Positions 39,404-53,189 of a DNA stretch of 64,000 nt are shown piece by piece. The notes under the pieces are model-generated. The model was not told the origin of the DNA. It made no database searches and saw only the letters and a program-made list of their open reading frames with translations. This DNA comes from Octopus vulgaris (taxonomy: Eukaryota). A program made the translations under genes and the position numbers. The stretch's first letter is position 1. Every line of letters starts with the position of its first letter. The stretch spans positions 55,738,001-55,802,000 of the forward strand of contig OX597831.1 of the NCBI GenBank assembly GCA_951406725.2. Reading direction: 5' to 3'.

Positions 39404-39625
39404 ATGTTTATGTGACTGTGTTTGTCCCCCCGCCAACACCGCTTGACAACCGATGCTGGTTTGTTACGTCCCAGTAACTTAGCGGTTCGGCAAAAGAGAC
39501 CGATAGAATAAGTACTGGGCTTACAAAGAATAAGTGCTGGGGTCGATTTGCTCGACCAAAGGCGGTGCTCCAGCATTGCCACAGTCAAAGTGACTGAAAC
39601 AAGTAAAAGAGTAAAAGAGTAAAAC
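39222..39625 (+). mobile_element. 5'-truncated family B SINE
   Basis: Body and gtaaaaga-repeat tail match family B. Confidence 0.85.
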
Positions 39626-39747
39626 CCGTAGCGGAGTCCACTGTGTTGCAAGCATTCGGGTTAAGTACCCGGTTTGGGATACCCCCCCCCTCGTTTGACC
39701 AATTTCAGGCTGTGACAAGGCTTATATGTACGAACGTCCCTCTAGAC

Positions 39748-39966
39748 CAGTAGTTTTCAACCAGGGTTCCGCGGAACCTTAGGGTTCCGCCAGTACAGTC
39801 CAGGGGTTCCGCAAGATGTTACAAAACTGCTAAAATCGGCAGTAATTTTTAATTCTCCTGTGCAGATATGTGTGCATAAGACTATTAAATTATTGCACAG
39901 GGGTTCCTCGAGCCAGTGGAATGTTTCCTTGGGGTTCCGCTCCAGCAAAAAGTTTGAAAAGCACTG
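39748..39966. mobile_element. hAT (Charlie-like) MITE, 219 bp
   Basis: TIRs cagtagttttcaa..ttgaaaagcactg, a perfect 8-bp TSD ctctagac at 39740-39747 and 39967-39974, and subterminal gggttcc repeats. Confidence 0.92.
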
Positions 39967-40339
39967 CTCTAGACTAAACAACAAAGAAAGCTCCGCTATG
40001 TTTCGCTGAGGAGGTCTACTAAGACGGAAATATGTCCGCAGTTATCGGTTATACATGTCGAAACCAAATTAGAATAATGTTAGCAATCGAAATGTTTTCT
40101 TCTTACCTACCGCGTAAATTTTATTAATTAACTGGAAGTTTTTTTCCTCTCCCCACATCAAGTACGATTGTTACTCATTTGACTTTTAAAAATAAATACA
40201 TAGGGAGAACTATCAGTTGGAGTCAGCTGTGGAAATAAATGGGTCACATTCTAAAAGGATAGAGAGATAGGGAATGAATTCCACTTCGCTTCATTTCTAC
40301 ATAGATAACAGACAAGAGATAACAGCAGCAGCAACGACA

Positions 40340-40912
40340 ACATCATTACTATCACCACCACCACCACCACCACCACCACCACCACAACCACCACCACCAT
40401 CGCCACCACCACCACCACCACCATCACCAACACCACTGCCACCACCACCACCACCACCATCACCATCGCCACCATCGCCACCACCACCATCACCACCACC
40501 ACCATCACCACCACCACCACATCACCACCATCACCAATATCACCACCACCACCACCACCACCACCATCACCACCACCACCACCATCACCACCACCACCAC
40601 CACCATCGCCACCACCACCACCACCACCACCACCACCACCATCACCACCATCACCAATATCACCACCACTACCACCACCATCAACACCATCACCAATGTC
40701 ACCACCACCACCACCACCACCACCACCACCACCACCACCACCATCGCCACCACCACCACCATCACCACCACCACCACCACCATCACCACCACCACCACCA
40801 TCGTCACCACCACCACCATCACCACCATCACCACCACCATCGCCACCATCACCATCACCACCACCACCACCACCACCACCATCACCACCACCACCACAAC
40901 CAGCACCACCAC
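40340..40912. repeat. (CAC)n/(CAT)n trinucleotide array
   Basis: Direct reading. Confidence 0.95.
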
Positions 40913-41373
40913 TATTTCAGCCGCCTTTATCGTTGAGCTAACGAGGGAGCTTTTAATAACTCGATCTACTAAAATAGCGGCTAAATCTCTTCTCAAGCCA
41001 CACCACCCAAAACCTTAAAAAAAGGACACTGTACAATATGGTATTGGGTTACCTGCGCTTAAGAAAGAAAAACAAAACAAAACAGGATGTTTACAGATGG
41101 AATGTCTTTAACCATAGGTTTGCTCAATCATCGCTGACCTGGTGCTAAGTCAACAACATAATAACAGTAACAGCATAAAAGCAACACGAACCAACGAGGG
41201 AACTAGGATGGAGACCACTCAGTCTGTTGCAGATAGCAGTCAAATCGCGTTGAAATTACATCCAATCATCTTAGAAAAAGAAAAAATAGAAAAAAAGAGA
41301 AGAAAAAAAAACCGAGAAAAAAGAAGAAAAAAAAGAATGTGTTGATTAATATAATCTTGAATACGGTGCTGTT

Positions 41374-41785
41374 AGCTGGCAGAAACGTTAGCGCGCCGGG
41401 TGAAATGCTTAGCGGTATTTCGTCTGCCGTTACGTTCTGAGTTCAAATTCCGCCGAGGTCGACTTTGCCTTTCATCCTTTCGGGGTCAATAAATTAAGTA
41501 CCAGTTTCGCACTGGGGTCGATGTAATCGACTTAATCCCTTTGTCTGTCCTTGTTTGTCCCCTCTATGTTTAGCCCCTTGTGGGTAATAAAGAAATAGGT
41601 ATTTCGTCTGCCGTTACGTTCTGAGTTCAAATTCCGCTGAGGTCGACTTTGCTTTTCATCCTTTCGGGGTCGATAAATTAAGTACCAGTTTCGCACTGGG
41701 GTCAATGTAATCGACTTAATACCTATGTCTGTCCTTGTTTGTCCCCTCTATGTTTAGCCCCTTGTGGGTAGTAAAGAAACAGGTA
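41374..41785 (+). mobile_element. Dimeric family A SINE
   Basis: One head and two bodies joined at gaaataggtatttc (~41592-41605). Confidence 0.9.
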
Positions 41786-41875
41786 CTGTTGAGTAAATGA
41801 CGGAGATGGGCGCAGCTAGCAAATTTTTGATTCTAGGTCTCTTCAATAATGGAAGCATGGCGCTAATCAAGAAAT

Positions 41876-41917
<42 letters not shown>

Positions 41918-44589
41918 TTGGTCATCATCATCATCATCGTCGTCGTCGTCATCGTCAAAATAATGTGAGCCTACGAGAAAGTTTATACATGGTCGATCGA
42001 CATGCTAGGTATAACCACCCGTGAAGACACGTGGCTTTGTGGTTAGAGTATTCAGCTCCCGATCGTAAATTCGTGAGTTCGATTCCCGTCAGTGCGAAGT
42101 ATCCTTGAGCAAGACACTTCATTTCACATTGCTCTGGCCACAACATTATCATCACCATTATCGTCGTCAACAACAACTCCCACACATAATCCTAAAAATA
42201 TGAAACACAAACGGCTTGAAAGGTTTTGATCATAAGGTCTTTTTGGTCGGAGTTGGCCTTAGAATCAGCTGCAGCAGGAACGGTAGCACCGCCGCCACTA
42301 TCAGCTAGCACCACCACCAACACCACCAGCACCACCACCACCACCACTCTCATCACTATCTCCGCTAGCATCACCACCAGCACCACCGCTAGCATAAGGC
42401 AGGAGCTGCGACAGTAGTGAGTGAGAATCTCAGAAAGAAACATCTCTGATAATGGTGACTAGAGAGAAATGTAGAGCGAAATGAAACGTTGGTAGACATC
42501 AAAATTTCCAGTAGCTTCACTCTAACGTGGTATGGCGATCTGACGAATTGCTACTGTTGGCTAAGTTACGAAGGTAACTGTTTTCAGGATTAAAGTGTAA
42601 ACTTAGAAGTTAGATCAAACTCCACAGGATTAATGTTTGAATTTAGAATTTGCACTGTTAACTAAGTTAGGCCATTCTTCACTAGATTGCAGTTTGGATT
42701 TAGAATTGTTACCGTTCAAAAAATTAGGTTATACTCCGCAAGATTAAAGTTTGAACTATTACACTGTGTATCACAATTTTTGTCCTTGGGCAATGGCAGT
42801 TATTTCCTCTTTGCTTACCCTACAAAGTATGAAAAATGATTTTGTTACGTTTATTTAAACCCCAAAGAATCCCTCCCAGCAGATGGCTATGATGCTCATG
42901 ATCAGAGACGCACATATTGTCAGCCTCTAAGGGACATGCTCAAGTGGTTAGGGTCAAGCAACTGACAAGCAATTCTGTGGTACTGAGCAGAATATTTGTT
43001 AGTTCAACTTAAAGACAGAGCCGGCGACCTACTTTTGGCAATGAATCCATTGTTCTGCCAGATGCGGGTTGATTAATTAGCTCGGGGAAACTCCCCGACC
43101 CTTTCAGGTGAATTAGAGTTCAGTTTGTGAGAGACAGTGAGAGAAATGTTGAGGGCTGAGGAAGACAGATTAAGGAACTGAGGGAGTTCCAGTAAAGAGA
43201 GATTGGGGTAGTGACAAGGGAGTCAAGGCGAGCAGTTGGATTTAGCAGTGAGGATTTGGCAGTCGGTATTTGGGAGTCAGGGCGAACGGTTGGCATTTTG
43301 GAATTCAGGGCAAGCGGTTAGCAAGTTGGATTTGGCAGTAGGCAGTTTGGATTTTAGCAGTTGGTTTGTCGGGCCTGTGTGAGGGATTCCGTAACAGCTT
43401 TCGTTCGAGGGAGGTCCCGTACGTAACATAACGATATTTCTGCTTCAGCAACTCAGCACTGAATTTGTCTGAAGTGTAATGGAAAATAGGTCAGATTCAA
43501 AGTATTGATGTCCAGATCACTAAAGCAAAGTTTGAAGGAAATAGTAGTCGTTTCCTTTGAGTTCTAGATAGAAGCAAATAGGAAATAACACTTACCGACC
43601 AAAGAAAAAAAAATTGTTACACAGTGTTATTGCTTACAATTGAAATGCTATTCCCGATTTTCTAAGTCAAATCATTCTTCACAAAGTTAAAGTTTAAGCT
43701 TAGATCGAAAAGATAACAACATCGGTGACAACAACGAGTTGTTAGTGTTGACATATTTAACGCAGTGAACTCCTCTGTTTTTACGTTCTGGATTCAAATT
43801 CCGCCGAGGTCGATTTTGCCTTTCATCCTTTCGGGGTCGATAAAATAAGTACCAGTTAAGCACTGGAGTCGGTGTAATCGACTTAACCTCTTCGCCAAAC
43901 CTGCTAGCCTTGTGCCAAAATTTGAAACCAATAATTAACGTAGTGAATCTTAACAATTTAAATAGAAACAATTATAAGGTGAGGAAAAAATAAGATAATA
44001 TCAATGGCTAAATATTATTTTAGACACTGTATTGCGTGTGGGAGACAACTTGAAATGCTATTCCCGATACCTTCTAAGTCAAATCATTCTTCACACTTGT
44101 CAAAGTAATGATAAGTGAATCACTATGCATATATATAATATTGTACACAACTGGCTGTGACTAATTATCAAATTAAAAGCAATAAATTACTGGGATTAAT
44201 TAGTCACTGTATCTCTGCAAAGATGACTTTAATTAGATCTTTTTATGCTCGTTACATTGGCATTGATCCAACATGGGCCTGGTCTGGAAAAGTTAAATCA
44301 AGCTACAAAATATGAAGTAAGCACGCACTTAACATAGTTGAAGCAAACAATACTCTGCTGTTTAAAAAAAAGGACAAGACATATTAAATAATGATTGTAG
44401 TTAGAAAAAGAGACAGTATGGTCATAACTGGAAAGCTTTTGGCCATTAGTTCGGTCAGAGCTGATAAGACGCTAATCAACAATAACGCATACATACAATC
44501 ATTCACACGCGCGCACACACACACACAAATAAAGACACGATTAGAAGACATACAAATATACATACGTACATACATACATGCACATAAAC

Positions 44590-44637
44590 ACGTAATGCAT
44601 ACACATACATACATACATACATACATACATACATACA

Positions 44638-44668
<31 letters not shown>

Positions 44669-45176
44669 CATTCGTTTCGGCCATGCAGCTGCAGTCATAC
44701 AGGGGCACCAACACACACACATACGTACACACGCACACATACATAAGCACACACACACACATACACACGCACACACTCACACACACACACACTCACACAC
44801 ACTTCCATATATACACAAACATTTACACACGCATACATGCATACCTGCCTATATACACACATACATACATACACACACATACATACATACATACATACAT
44901 ACATGCATACATACATACACACATACATACACACATACATACACACATACATGCATACATACATGCATACATACATACATACATACATGCATACATACAC
45001 ATACATACATACATACATACATACATACACACATACATACACACATACATACACACATGCATACATACACACACACATACATGCATACATACATACATAC
45101 ATACATACATACATACATACATACATACACACATACATACATACACACATACATACACACACACACACATACACAT

Positions 45177-45235
<59 letters not shown>

Positions 45236-45730
45236 TACACACACACACACATACATACATACATACATACATACACACACACATACATACATACACACAT
45301 ACATACACACATACATACACACATACATGCATACATACATGCATACATACATACATACATACATGCATACATACACATACATACATACATACATACATAC
45401 ATACACACATACATACATACACACATACACACACACATACATACATACATACATACACACACATACATACATACATACACACATACATACATACATACAT
45501 ACATACATACATACACACATACATACATACATACACACATACATACATACATACATACATACATACATACATACATACATACATACATGCATGCATGCAT
45601 ACATATATACATACACACACACATACATACATACATACATATATACATACATACATACATACATACACACATACATACATACATACATACATACATACAT
45701 ACATACATACATACATACATACATACATAC
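44590..45730. repeat. ~1.1-kb (CATA)n/(CA)n array
   Basis: Direct reading. Confidence 0.97.
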
Positions 45731-46106
45731 AGATACGCATTCTCTAGATGCTAACGACCAGAGGACGAGTGAAAGTTTGTAAAGATTTCAGGAATTTTCC
45801 TGGATGAACATATGCACTCAATCACATATACATATGGAATACATATGAACGCACACATTACAAATAGTAACGAAAAACACTCTTACGTTCTATCATGACA
45901 TGCACACCCTCGAGTGCAAGTTTATCCACACGCGCACACATACATGCATACATCACACAACATGCACGCATACATGCATACATCAACCAATCCTTGTAAC
46001 CACGCACCCCAAGAGCTGTCTCGTCTGGTTTTAAATAAGAGCTTTGCCACTTCGTTAGTGAGCGGCTTCAGTTCCGCAAAAGAGAAAGCATTAAACTTAA
46101 ATTTTT

Positions 46107-46651
46107 AAAAATGAGTAACGCTGCGATGGACTGGCGTCCCATCCAACTGGGGAACACATAAGCCATAGAAACCGGGAAACCGGGCCCATGAGCCTGGCTA
46201 GGCTTTGAAAGGGCGCATTTTTTTTATGCGGGTGATGTTGATCTCTCTCTCTCTCTCTCTTTCTCTTTCTCTCTCTCTCTCACTCTCTCTCGAACGTTAA
46301 AGTAGACCGAGGTCTGGTAAGCTAGGAGACCATGTATCTGGGAGAACATGATCATGGAGATTGGCACACATCACGTTTGGATTGTCCAAGCATTATGAGA
46401 CGGATCAGAGCCTTGTTAGAAGGCGATGCTTCTGTCTACACAGAGGCATTAGAGAAAGTTGTGAGGGCCTGGATAGACAGAGTACGCAACGGAAGACCGT
46501 ACGTCTTCTAACAAGGCTCTGATCCGTCTCATAATGCTTGGACAATCCAAACGTGATGTGTGCCAATCTCCATGATCATGTTCTCCCAGATACATGGTCT
46601 CCTAGCTTACCAGACCTCGATCTACTTTAAAGTTTGAGAGAGAGTGAGAGT

Positions 46652-46687
<36 letters not shown>

Positions 46688-46822
46688 AACACCACCCGCA
46701 TAAAAAAAAAATGCGCCCTTTCAAAGCCTAGCCAGGCTCATGGGCCTGGTTTCCCGGTTTCTATGGCTTATGTGTTCCCCAGCTGGACGGGACGCCAGTC
46801 CATCGCAGCGTTACTAATTTTT
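46107..46822. repeat. ~320-bp-arm inverted duplication with 76-bp spacer
   Basis: 46107-46425 is a near-identical reverse complement of 46502-46822. Confidence 0.92.
46424..46628 (+). mobile_element. Tc1/mariner-superfamily transposase fragment
   Basis: YTEALEKVVRAWI..RPYVF*QGSDPSH..WSPSLPDLDLL corresponds to FQQDxAPxH..WPPxSPDLNP. Confidence 0.75.
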
Positions 46823-47227
46823 GCCAGCTGAGTGGACTGGAGCAACGTGAAATGAAGTGTTTTGCCCAAGAACACAACGCGTCGACCGGTCCAGGAATCG
46901 AAACCACAATCTTACGATCATGCTGCTGACACCCTAAACACCATATAATCTCTCAAGTCCGCCATAACCACCACTATGTCCAAAATAGATAAAGATCATT
47001 TGATTCGGGCATGTCACTGCTTCTGACCCCGTATTGAAGCAGTCATTGATGCTAACAGTAGATTCATTGAATAGGTGGGATAAAAAGGATTCTCAAGATT
47101 ATTTGCACCGATTTGTTTTCAAATACAGCTTTTCTTTGATGAGCTATGCATTTTTTTTTAAATTCATACAAATGGCCTAAAAAAAAAAGAATCTGACGCT
47201 CCCTGTATATATACTTACATAAATACA

Positions 47228-47277
<50 letters not shown>

Positions 47278-47834
47278 GGAGACACATGGCCTAGTGGTTA
47301 GAGCAGCGGACACGCGGTCGAAGGATCACGGGTTCGAATCTCAGACCGGGCGATGTGTGTGTTTGTGAACGAAAACACCTAAGCTCCACGCGGCTCCGGC
47401 AGAAGGTAATGACGAAATTTCTGCTGACTCTTTCGCCACAACTTTCTCTCTCTCACTCTTTCCTCCTGTATCTTGCAGCTCACTTGCGACGGACCGGCGT
47501 CCCGTCCAGGTGGGTAACCTATACGCCATGGAAACCGGGAAACCTGCCCTTATGAGCCAGGCATGGCTCGAGAAGGAACAAACAACAAACAACAAAACAC
47601 ACATACACACACATGTACTTTCATGTATGTAACACTACGGTGCAACTATAGTTGATCCTCTTCCGTCTTCTTCCGCCACCTTGGACGAGATTACTGGATC
47701 TGTAGAGATAAAACGAGTAACAGGAAATTACTATATGGAACGGTGGTTGGTAACGCATATTGTTATGGTGACGAAAGATGTTATGGAGGTGATAGTGGTA
47801 GTAGTGAGAGCAGTAATACTATTGGAGATGATGG

Positions 47835-48854
47835 ATGTGGTGGTGGTGGTGGTGGTGTTGGTGGTGGTGGTGTTGGTGGTGGAGTTCCGGCAACGTGGTA
47901 GTGATAGTTGTGTTGATAACTCTCAAACTATTTCTGGTGATGGTAGCGATAGTGGTGTTGGTGGTAGTAGTGGTGGTGATGGTAGTAGTAGTGTTAATGA
48001 AGGTGGTAGTGATAGCGGTCAAACTGTTAGTAATGATGGTGGTGGCGGTGGAGATGAGGACGATGATGGTGGTGGTGGTGGTGGTGGTGGTGATGGTAGT
48101 GGTGGTCACAGTGGTAGTAGTGGTGGTGGTGATGATGCCGGTGACATTGGTGATGATGATGGTGGAGGTCATGCTAGAGTGATGGTGATAGCGCTCATAG
48201 CGGTGGTGGTGGTAGTAGTAATAGTAGTAGTAGTAGTAGTAGTAGTAACAGTAGCAGCAGCAGTAATAGTAGTAGCAGCAGCAGTAGTAGTAGTGTTGTA
48301 GAGGTGGTGATGGTGGTGGTGGTGTTGGTGGTGGTGGTGGTGGTGGCGGCAGTGGTGATGGTGGTGGTGACGGTGGCGGTGGTAGAGGTCAAGTTAGTAA
48401 CGGCGATGATAGAGGTCATAATGGTGCTTGGAGACACTTGTTTGATCATTCGGTGAAAGTGTTGATAGTGGTTGTGTTGGTGGTAGTGGAGATAGTGGTG
48501 GCTACGAAGGTCGTGATGGTAATAATGGTGATAATAATGATGGTGGTGATAGAGGGCATAATTGTTGGGGTGACGGTGGTGGTTCGGGTAATGGTCCTGG
48601 TATGGAAACAGGCATGAATGTGTCTGTGGCTTACGATTGGCTAAAATTACCCCAAATTTGCAAACTTTATAGGCTATTAACTCTTTATTTATTAAACTAT
48701 GGCGAAAATGAATTTCATGGCTTTGATTAGCATATAAAACCACATTATTATAGTGAATATGAAATCAATTCGAACTGAAGTTGAAGAGATTGAAAATTGG
48801 CAACCAAACAGAAAAGATCCGTGTTATTGTTGTAGCGGCTGTGTGGTTGATAAC

Positions 48855-48943
<89 letters not shown>

Positions 48944-48983
48944 TAGTAGTAGTAGCAGCAGCAGTAGTAGCAGCAGCAGTAGT

Positions 48984-49020
<37 letters not shown>

Positions 49021-49063
49021 GCAGTAGTAGTAGTAGTAGTAAGCAGCAGCAGCAGTAAGTAGC

Positions 49064-49097
<34 letters not shown>

Positions 49098-49117
49098 ATA
49101 GCAGCAGCAGTAGTAAT

Positions 49118-49158
<41 letters not shown>

Positions 49159-49180
49159 TAGTAGCAGCAGCAGCAGCACC

Positions 49181-49235
<55 letters not shown>

Positions 49236-49255
49236 ACTGCAGCAGCAGCGGCGTA
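47835..49255. repeat. (GGT)/(GAT)/(AGT)/(AGC) low-complexity arrays
   Basis: Direct reading; two blocks at ~47835-48590 and 48855-49255. Confidence 0.9.
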
Positions 49256-50239
49256 GCACCAGGTCAGCCACGAGTGAGTGAACTCTGTATAATAGAGCTC
49301 CAACAGTGACCATCCTTTCATTTTGTATGACGAGAAGCACAGATTCTGCATTTCTTATGAGTCGACGGGCATGATTTGAAAGAGATTTCGTTGCCTTTTT
49401 TTCAAGCAGGCCAAACGGTCCTAATATCGATGTTAATGGAGATGAAGGAGTTAAGAAAAATTACTAGTATTGTGTTGCCAAAAATTCGGTATTTAGTTCC
49501 AGTAGAGAAATCACTTCCATTTCGTTTAACTTTGGCGAAACTAACTGTAACTGATGGATTTTCCTTCAGCCTCGACGATGAATATTCTGTTGTTATATCA
49601 CCTAAATGTCCGACACGTAAAATTAACATGTAAATGTCAATGATAAGGGTACACATACCCATGTACACCATACCCGTTTACCCTTAACGAAAATTCAAAA
49701 ACCAAATCAGCGCGATACCGTATGAGACAAAGCTGAATCTATGATTTGCAAGTATGACGAGCTTCCATAAAGATTCCGTCTAGCCAATTTCACTCTTAAG
49801 ATTGGGTCTACACTCGCCCAACACGCCACGCAGTGGAACAGGGCCCAGGACTCACGACTGCGAAGTAAACATCTTAACAACTCATCCACGCCTTCATAAA
49901 TTCACATATGAAATTTCGGTGTTACACTGCAAGTCTAGGATGACTAGGTAGCGTGTACAAATGCTTTCGCTAATTGACTTCTGTGACTATGTAATCACGA
50001 GCTGATATGGATACATCTTTTACCTCTCCTCGCCGTCGATCTAGAACATTCAAGATGTGACGGCTGGAGAAATGGAGAGAGGGCAACACCAATACTGAGC
50101 TAGTACTTTTTCAACTCTGAAAACATGGATGCCAAAATGGACATCGATGAACTTAAACTCAGGGTGAAAAGAACTGTTACAAATGACGCAACGCATTACA
50201 TTCAGTGTGATGCTCTTACGACAATGCTGTATATTAATA

Positions 50240-50689
50240 CTAGAAGTATAGCCCGGCGTTGCTCGAGTTTGTTTTTTAGTTGCGCTTAAAACGGCAGACT
50301 TTGATGTCGCGTTAACAAAGTTTTTGACATAGTTTCAATCTTATTTGAAAAGTAAAACTTTTGCATTATATAGCTTGTGATTCTCTTTAAGTGAACATTT
50401 TTCTGGTTGAAATACATCGAAAAATGGCGACACAGCAGTCAAAAAATCGTAAAAAATAGGGATTTTCATAGAAAAAAAAAAGCACCTTTTTGATGTAAAT
50501 AATTTTTGGTCTTAACATGGTCCGATTTGAATTTTTTCTTCTACGGAATGAAGAGCAAGCATTCTTCTATCATACTTTCAATTTTGGTCAACTTGCGCTG
50601 CAGGGTCTCGGAGGAGATAGTGTTATTTTAAGGTTACCAAACCTGCCACACACACACACAGACAGACAACTTCAGCTTTATATGTATAG
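50240..50689 (-). mobile_element. Non-autonomous Helitron-type element
   Basis: The minus strand ends ctcgagcaacgccggg-ctatactt-CTAG|t (hairpin plus CTAG) and begins ctatacatataaagctgaagttgtctgtctg. Confidence 0.7.
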
Positions 50690-51159
50690 GTTATCGTAAT
50701 AAATCAATAATAAATTGGAGTCTTATATAAAAGTAATTAAGAGGTATATAATTATCGAATTGCATTAACGAAAATCCTGTTAATTCCCTTATATCTGAGG
50801 AAATGAAGCCGTAGTTTAACATAATCTTATTAACCGAACAAGAACTTAGACCACAGTTAAACTAAATGTAACTAACAGATATATAATTAACGAACTCCAT
50901 TAACTAAAAAAAGCCTCGTTACCCATTTCTTTTTGTTCATTTTTTTCTCGCTTTTATCAGCACAGCAGACACATCACTGTGCATTCAAATACAGATACAT
51001 GCACATACATGTATATGTAAGATTGTAGCATAATAATGCTTGAATGTGTAAGAAAAACATAAACACACACACACATACACGCACAAACATAATTATATAT
51101 ATATATATACACACATATATATATATATACATACATATATATACACACACATATATATA

Positions 51160-51385
51160 TATTTCTTTACTACCCACAAGGGGCCAAACACAGAGGGGAC
51201 AAACAAGGACAGACAAAGAGATTAAGTCGATTACATCGACCCCAGAGCGTAACTGGTACTTAATATATCGACCCCGAAAGGATGAAAGGCAAAGTCGACC
51301 TCGGCGGAACTTGAACTCGGAACGTAAGGACAGATGAAATACGGCTACGCATTTCGCCCGGTGTGCTAACGTTTCTGCCAGCTCA
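51160..51385 (-). mobile_element. Family A SINE within (TA)n
   Basis: Full body on the minus strand. Confidence 0.88.
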
Positions 51386-51451
51386 TATATATATACACAC
51401 ATACACATACACATATATATATATACTTATACATATATATCTATACTTATA

Positions 51452-51501
<50 letters not shown>

Positions 51502-51642
51502 TAAACAGTAAAAATAATTACAGACATGGACAAGAACATGAAACACCACAGAGACGACACAAGAACCACAGGACGGGACATTCGAAGCCCTCAGTCATCA
51601 GTCAAGAACCAGATCATCTTAGCAATTTCGGCTGATTAATCT

Positions 51643-51682
<40 letters not shown>

Positions 51683-51749
51683 CATACTTATATATAAGCC
51701 TACATGCATATATATGCACACACATACACACATATATATATACACACGG

Positions 51750-52285
51750 GTATGCCAAGTACCGTGCAACAGAAATTCCTGATTTATTAAAATTATCTCC
51801 GCCTCTAGAAGATGTATCATAAGATGTATCATAAATAGCAACCGAGACCAGCTCTACTTGTTAAGGGAAGATAATCACAAGAATCCAATAGTTCTCTAAA
51901 ACTGACATGCATTTGAAGAAACGGACAGGATTATTGTTTGGAGATAAGAGTATACGGATGGGCACATAGTTTGGTCCAGTAGCCGTCATTGTATAAGAAG
52001 TTTGCGTCCTTCGGCTCCTAGAGATAAGGTCGGATAACTGTTGTGATGATGACAGCTATTGAGCCCGAAACACATGCCCATAACTGTTGTTCTATCTCCA
52101 GACAATAAGGCTGTCCGTTTCTTTGATGGCATGTCAATTTTGGAGACTTCTTGATTCTTGAGATTATCTCACCTTCTCAAATGGAGTTGTTCTTAATTGC
52201 CGTTTGATAACTGTGACACATCCTCTAGAGGCGGAGACAATTTTAATAAATCAAGATTTTATACTGCATAGTATTTGACATGCAT
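51750..52285. mobile_element. Old element with ~190-bp diverged inverted arms; solo arms at ~14945-15100, 54780-54915 and 56590-56680
   Basis: atttattaaaattatctccgcctctagaagatgt (51782-) mirrors acatcctctagaggcggagacaattttaataaat (52219-), and gaaacggacag..attgtttggagata mirrors tatctccagacaat..ctgtccgtttc. Confidence 0.7.
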
Positions 52286-52499
52286 GTTATTCAAAAATAT
52301 TCCATTGGCTACTTTGAGTTATTTCTCTTAGCAGATGTTTGCTTACACACAAACACACATACAAATAAAAGTAAACTTGGAGTAGCTTGATATGAATCAA
52401 AACAAATAATTCCAATGTTTCAACAACCAAACCAACAACATACACACGTACATAAATAGATCTCTCTTATGATAAAAGGCAGATTTTCTCTGCCTGTAC

Positions 52500-52905
52500 C
52501 CATGTTCCTTTTTAATACAATTCTACAATATAGCTTTGCCATGTCCATTAACAAATCTCAGAGTCAAACCCTCTCTGTAGCTGGTCTTCTCTTGGAAGAG
52601 CCCTGCTTCTCGCATAGGCAACTGTATGTTGGCTGCTCAAGAGTAGGAACCAAAAGAAACCTTTTTGTATATGCTCCACAAGGAAAAACAAGGAACATTG
52701 TTTACTACAAGGTGTTATAATCTCAACAGCCAGGAGGTATATACATGATCCCCTTTTTTTAAACAAACTTCATGTACTTTCATGTATTTATATTAATATA
52801 CATATATTTGTGTGTGTGTGTGTATCCATATATATATATATATATAACAGAAAAGTCTAATTCTTCTATTGAATGTAACCGGGCAACGCCGGGTATCTCT
52901 GCTAG
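52500..52905 (+). mobile_element. Helitron 3' end: Pif1-like helicase C-terminus and terminus
   Basis: FAMSINKSQSQTL..PCFSHRQLYVGCSRV..TRNIVYYKVL, then the hairpin ccgggcaacgccggg and CTAG|t at 52902-52906. Confidence 0.9.
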
Positions 52906-53189
52906 TATTATAAATGTGTGACACGATCCGGGTGCTTTCCTAAACTCGAGAAGTGAAACTTTCGGATACTGTCCTTACCAGCGTAAATTCGTCTCGGCGA
53001 CGAGTTGGGTGATGCCTCTTTTTGAATTAAAGAACGATACACGCATAAACTAAACATTTTATACATGGCTATTACCAATCTGTGGAGAATGACTCTATCT
53101 TTTTCCCATATGATTTTGCTGTAGTTCTTCAACCGCCCTTTCCTATATACATTTCATAAAAAAAAATTTTAAGCTGAAATTTTAGGATT

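Noticed and set aside
40251-40996. Poly-Pro/His/Val ORFs, poly-Met at 29800-30189, and Gly/Ser/Val-rich ORFs at 47681-49351
   Set aside because: Trinucleotide arrays open in several frames on both strands.
44384-45782. Long ORFs of 290-463 aa (HTYI/MYVC repeats), and similar ORFs at 2007-2501, 5442-6322 and 36660-37401
   Set aside because: Translations of (CATA)n, (TA)n, (CA)n and (GATA)n microsatellites that lack stops by composition; no splice or domain evidence.
49376-49633. Possible Helitron helicase fragment (LPKIRYLVPVEKSLPFRL)
   Set aside because: Only a faint resemblance to IPRIxLxP..LPF; too degenerate to support without a search.
51575-51612. CTGATGA on the minus strand as a hammerhead
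   Set aside because: No pairing stem II and no GAAA/stem III arrangement follows.
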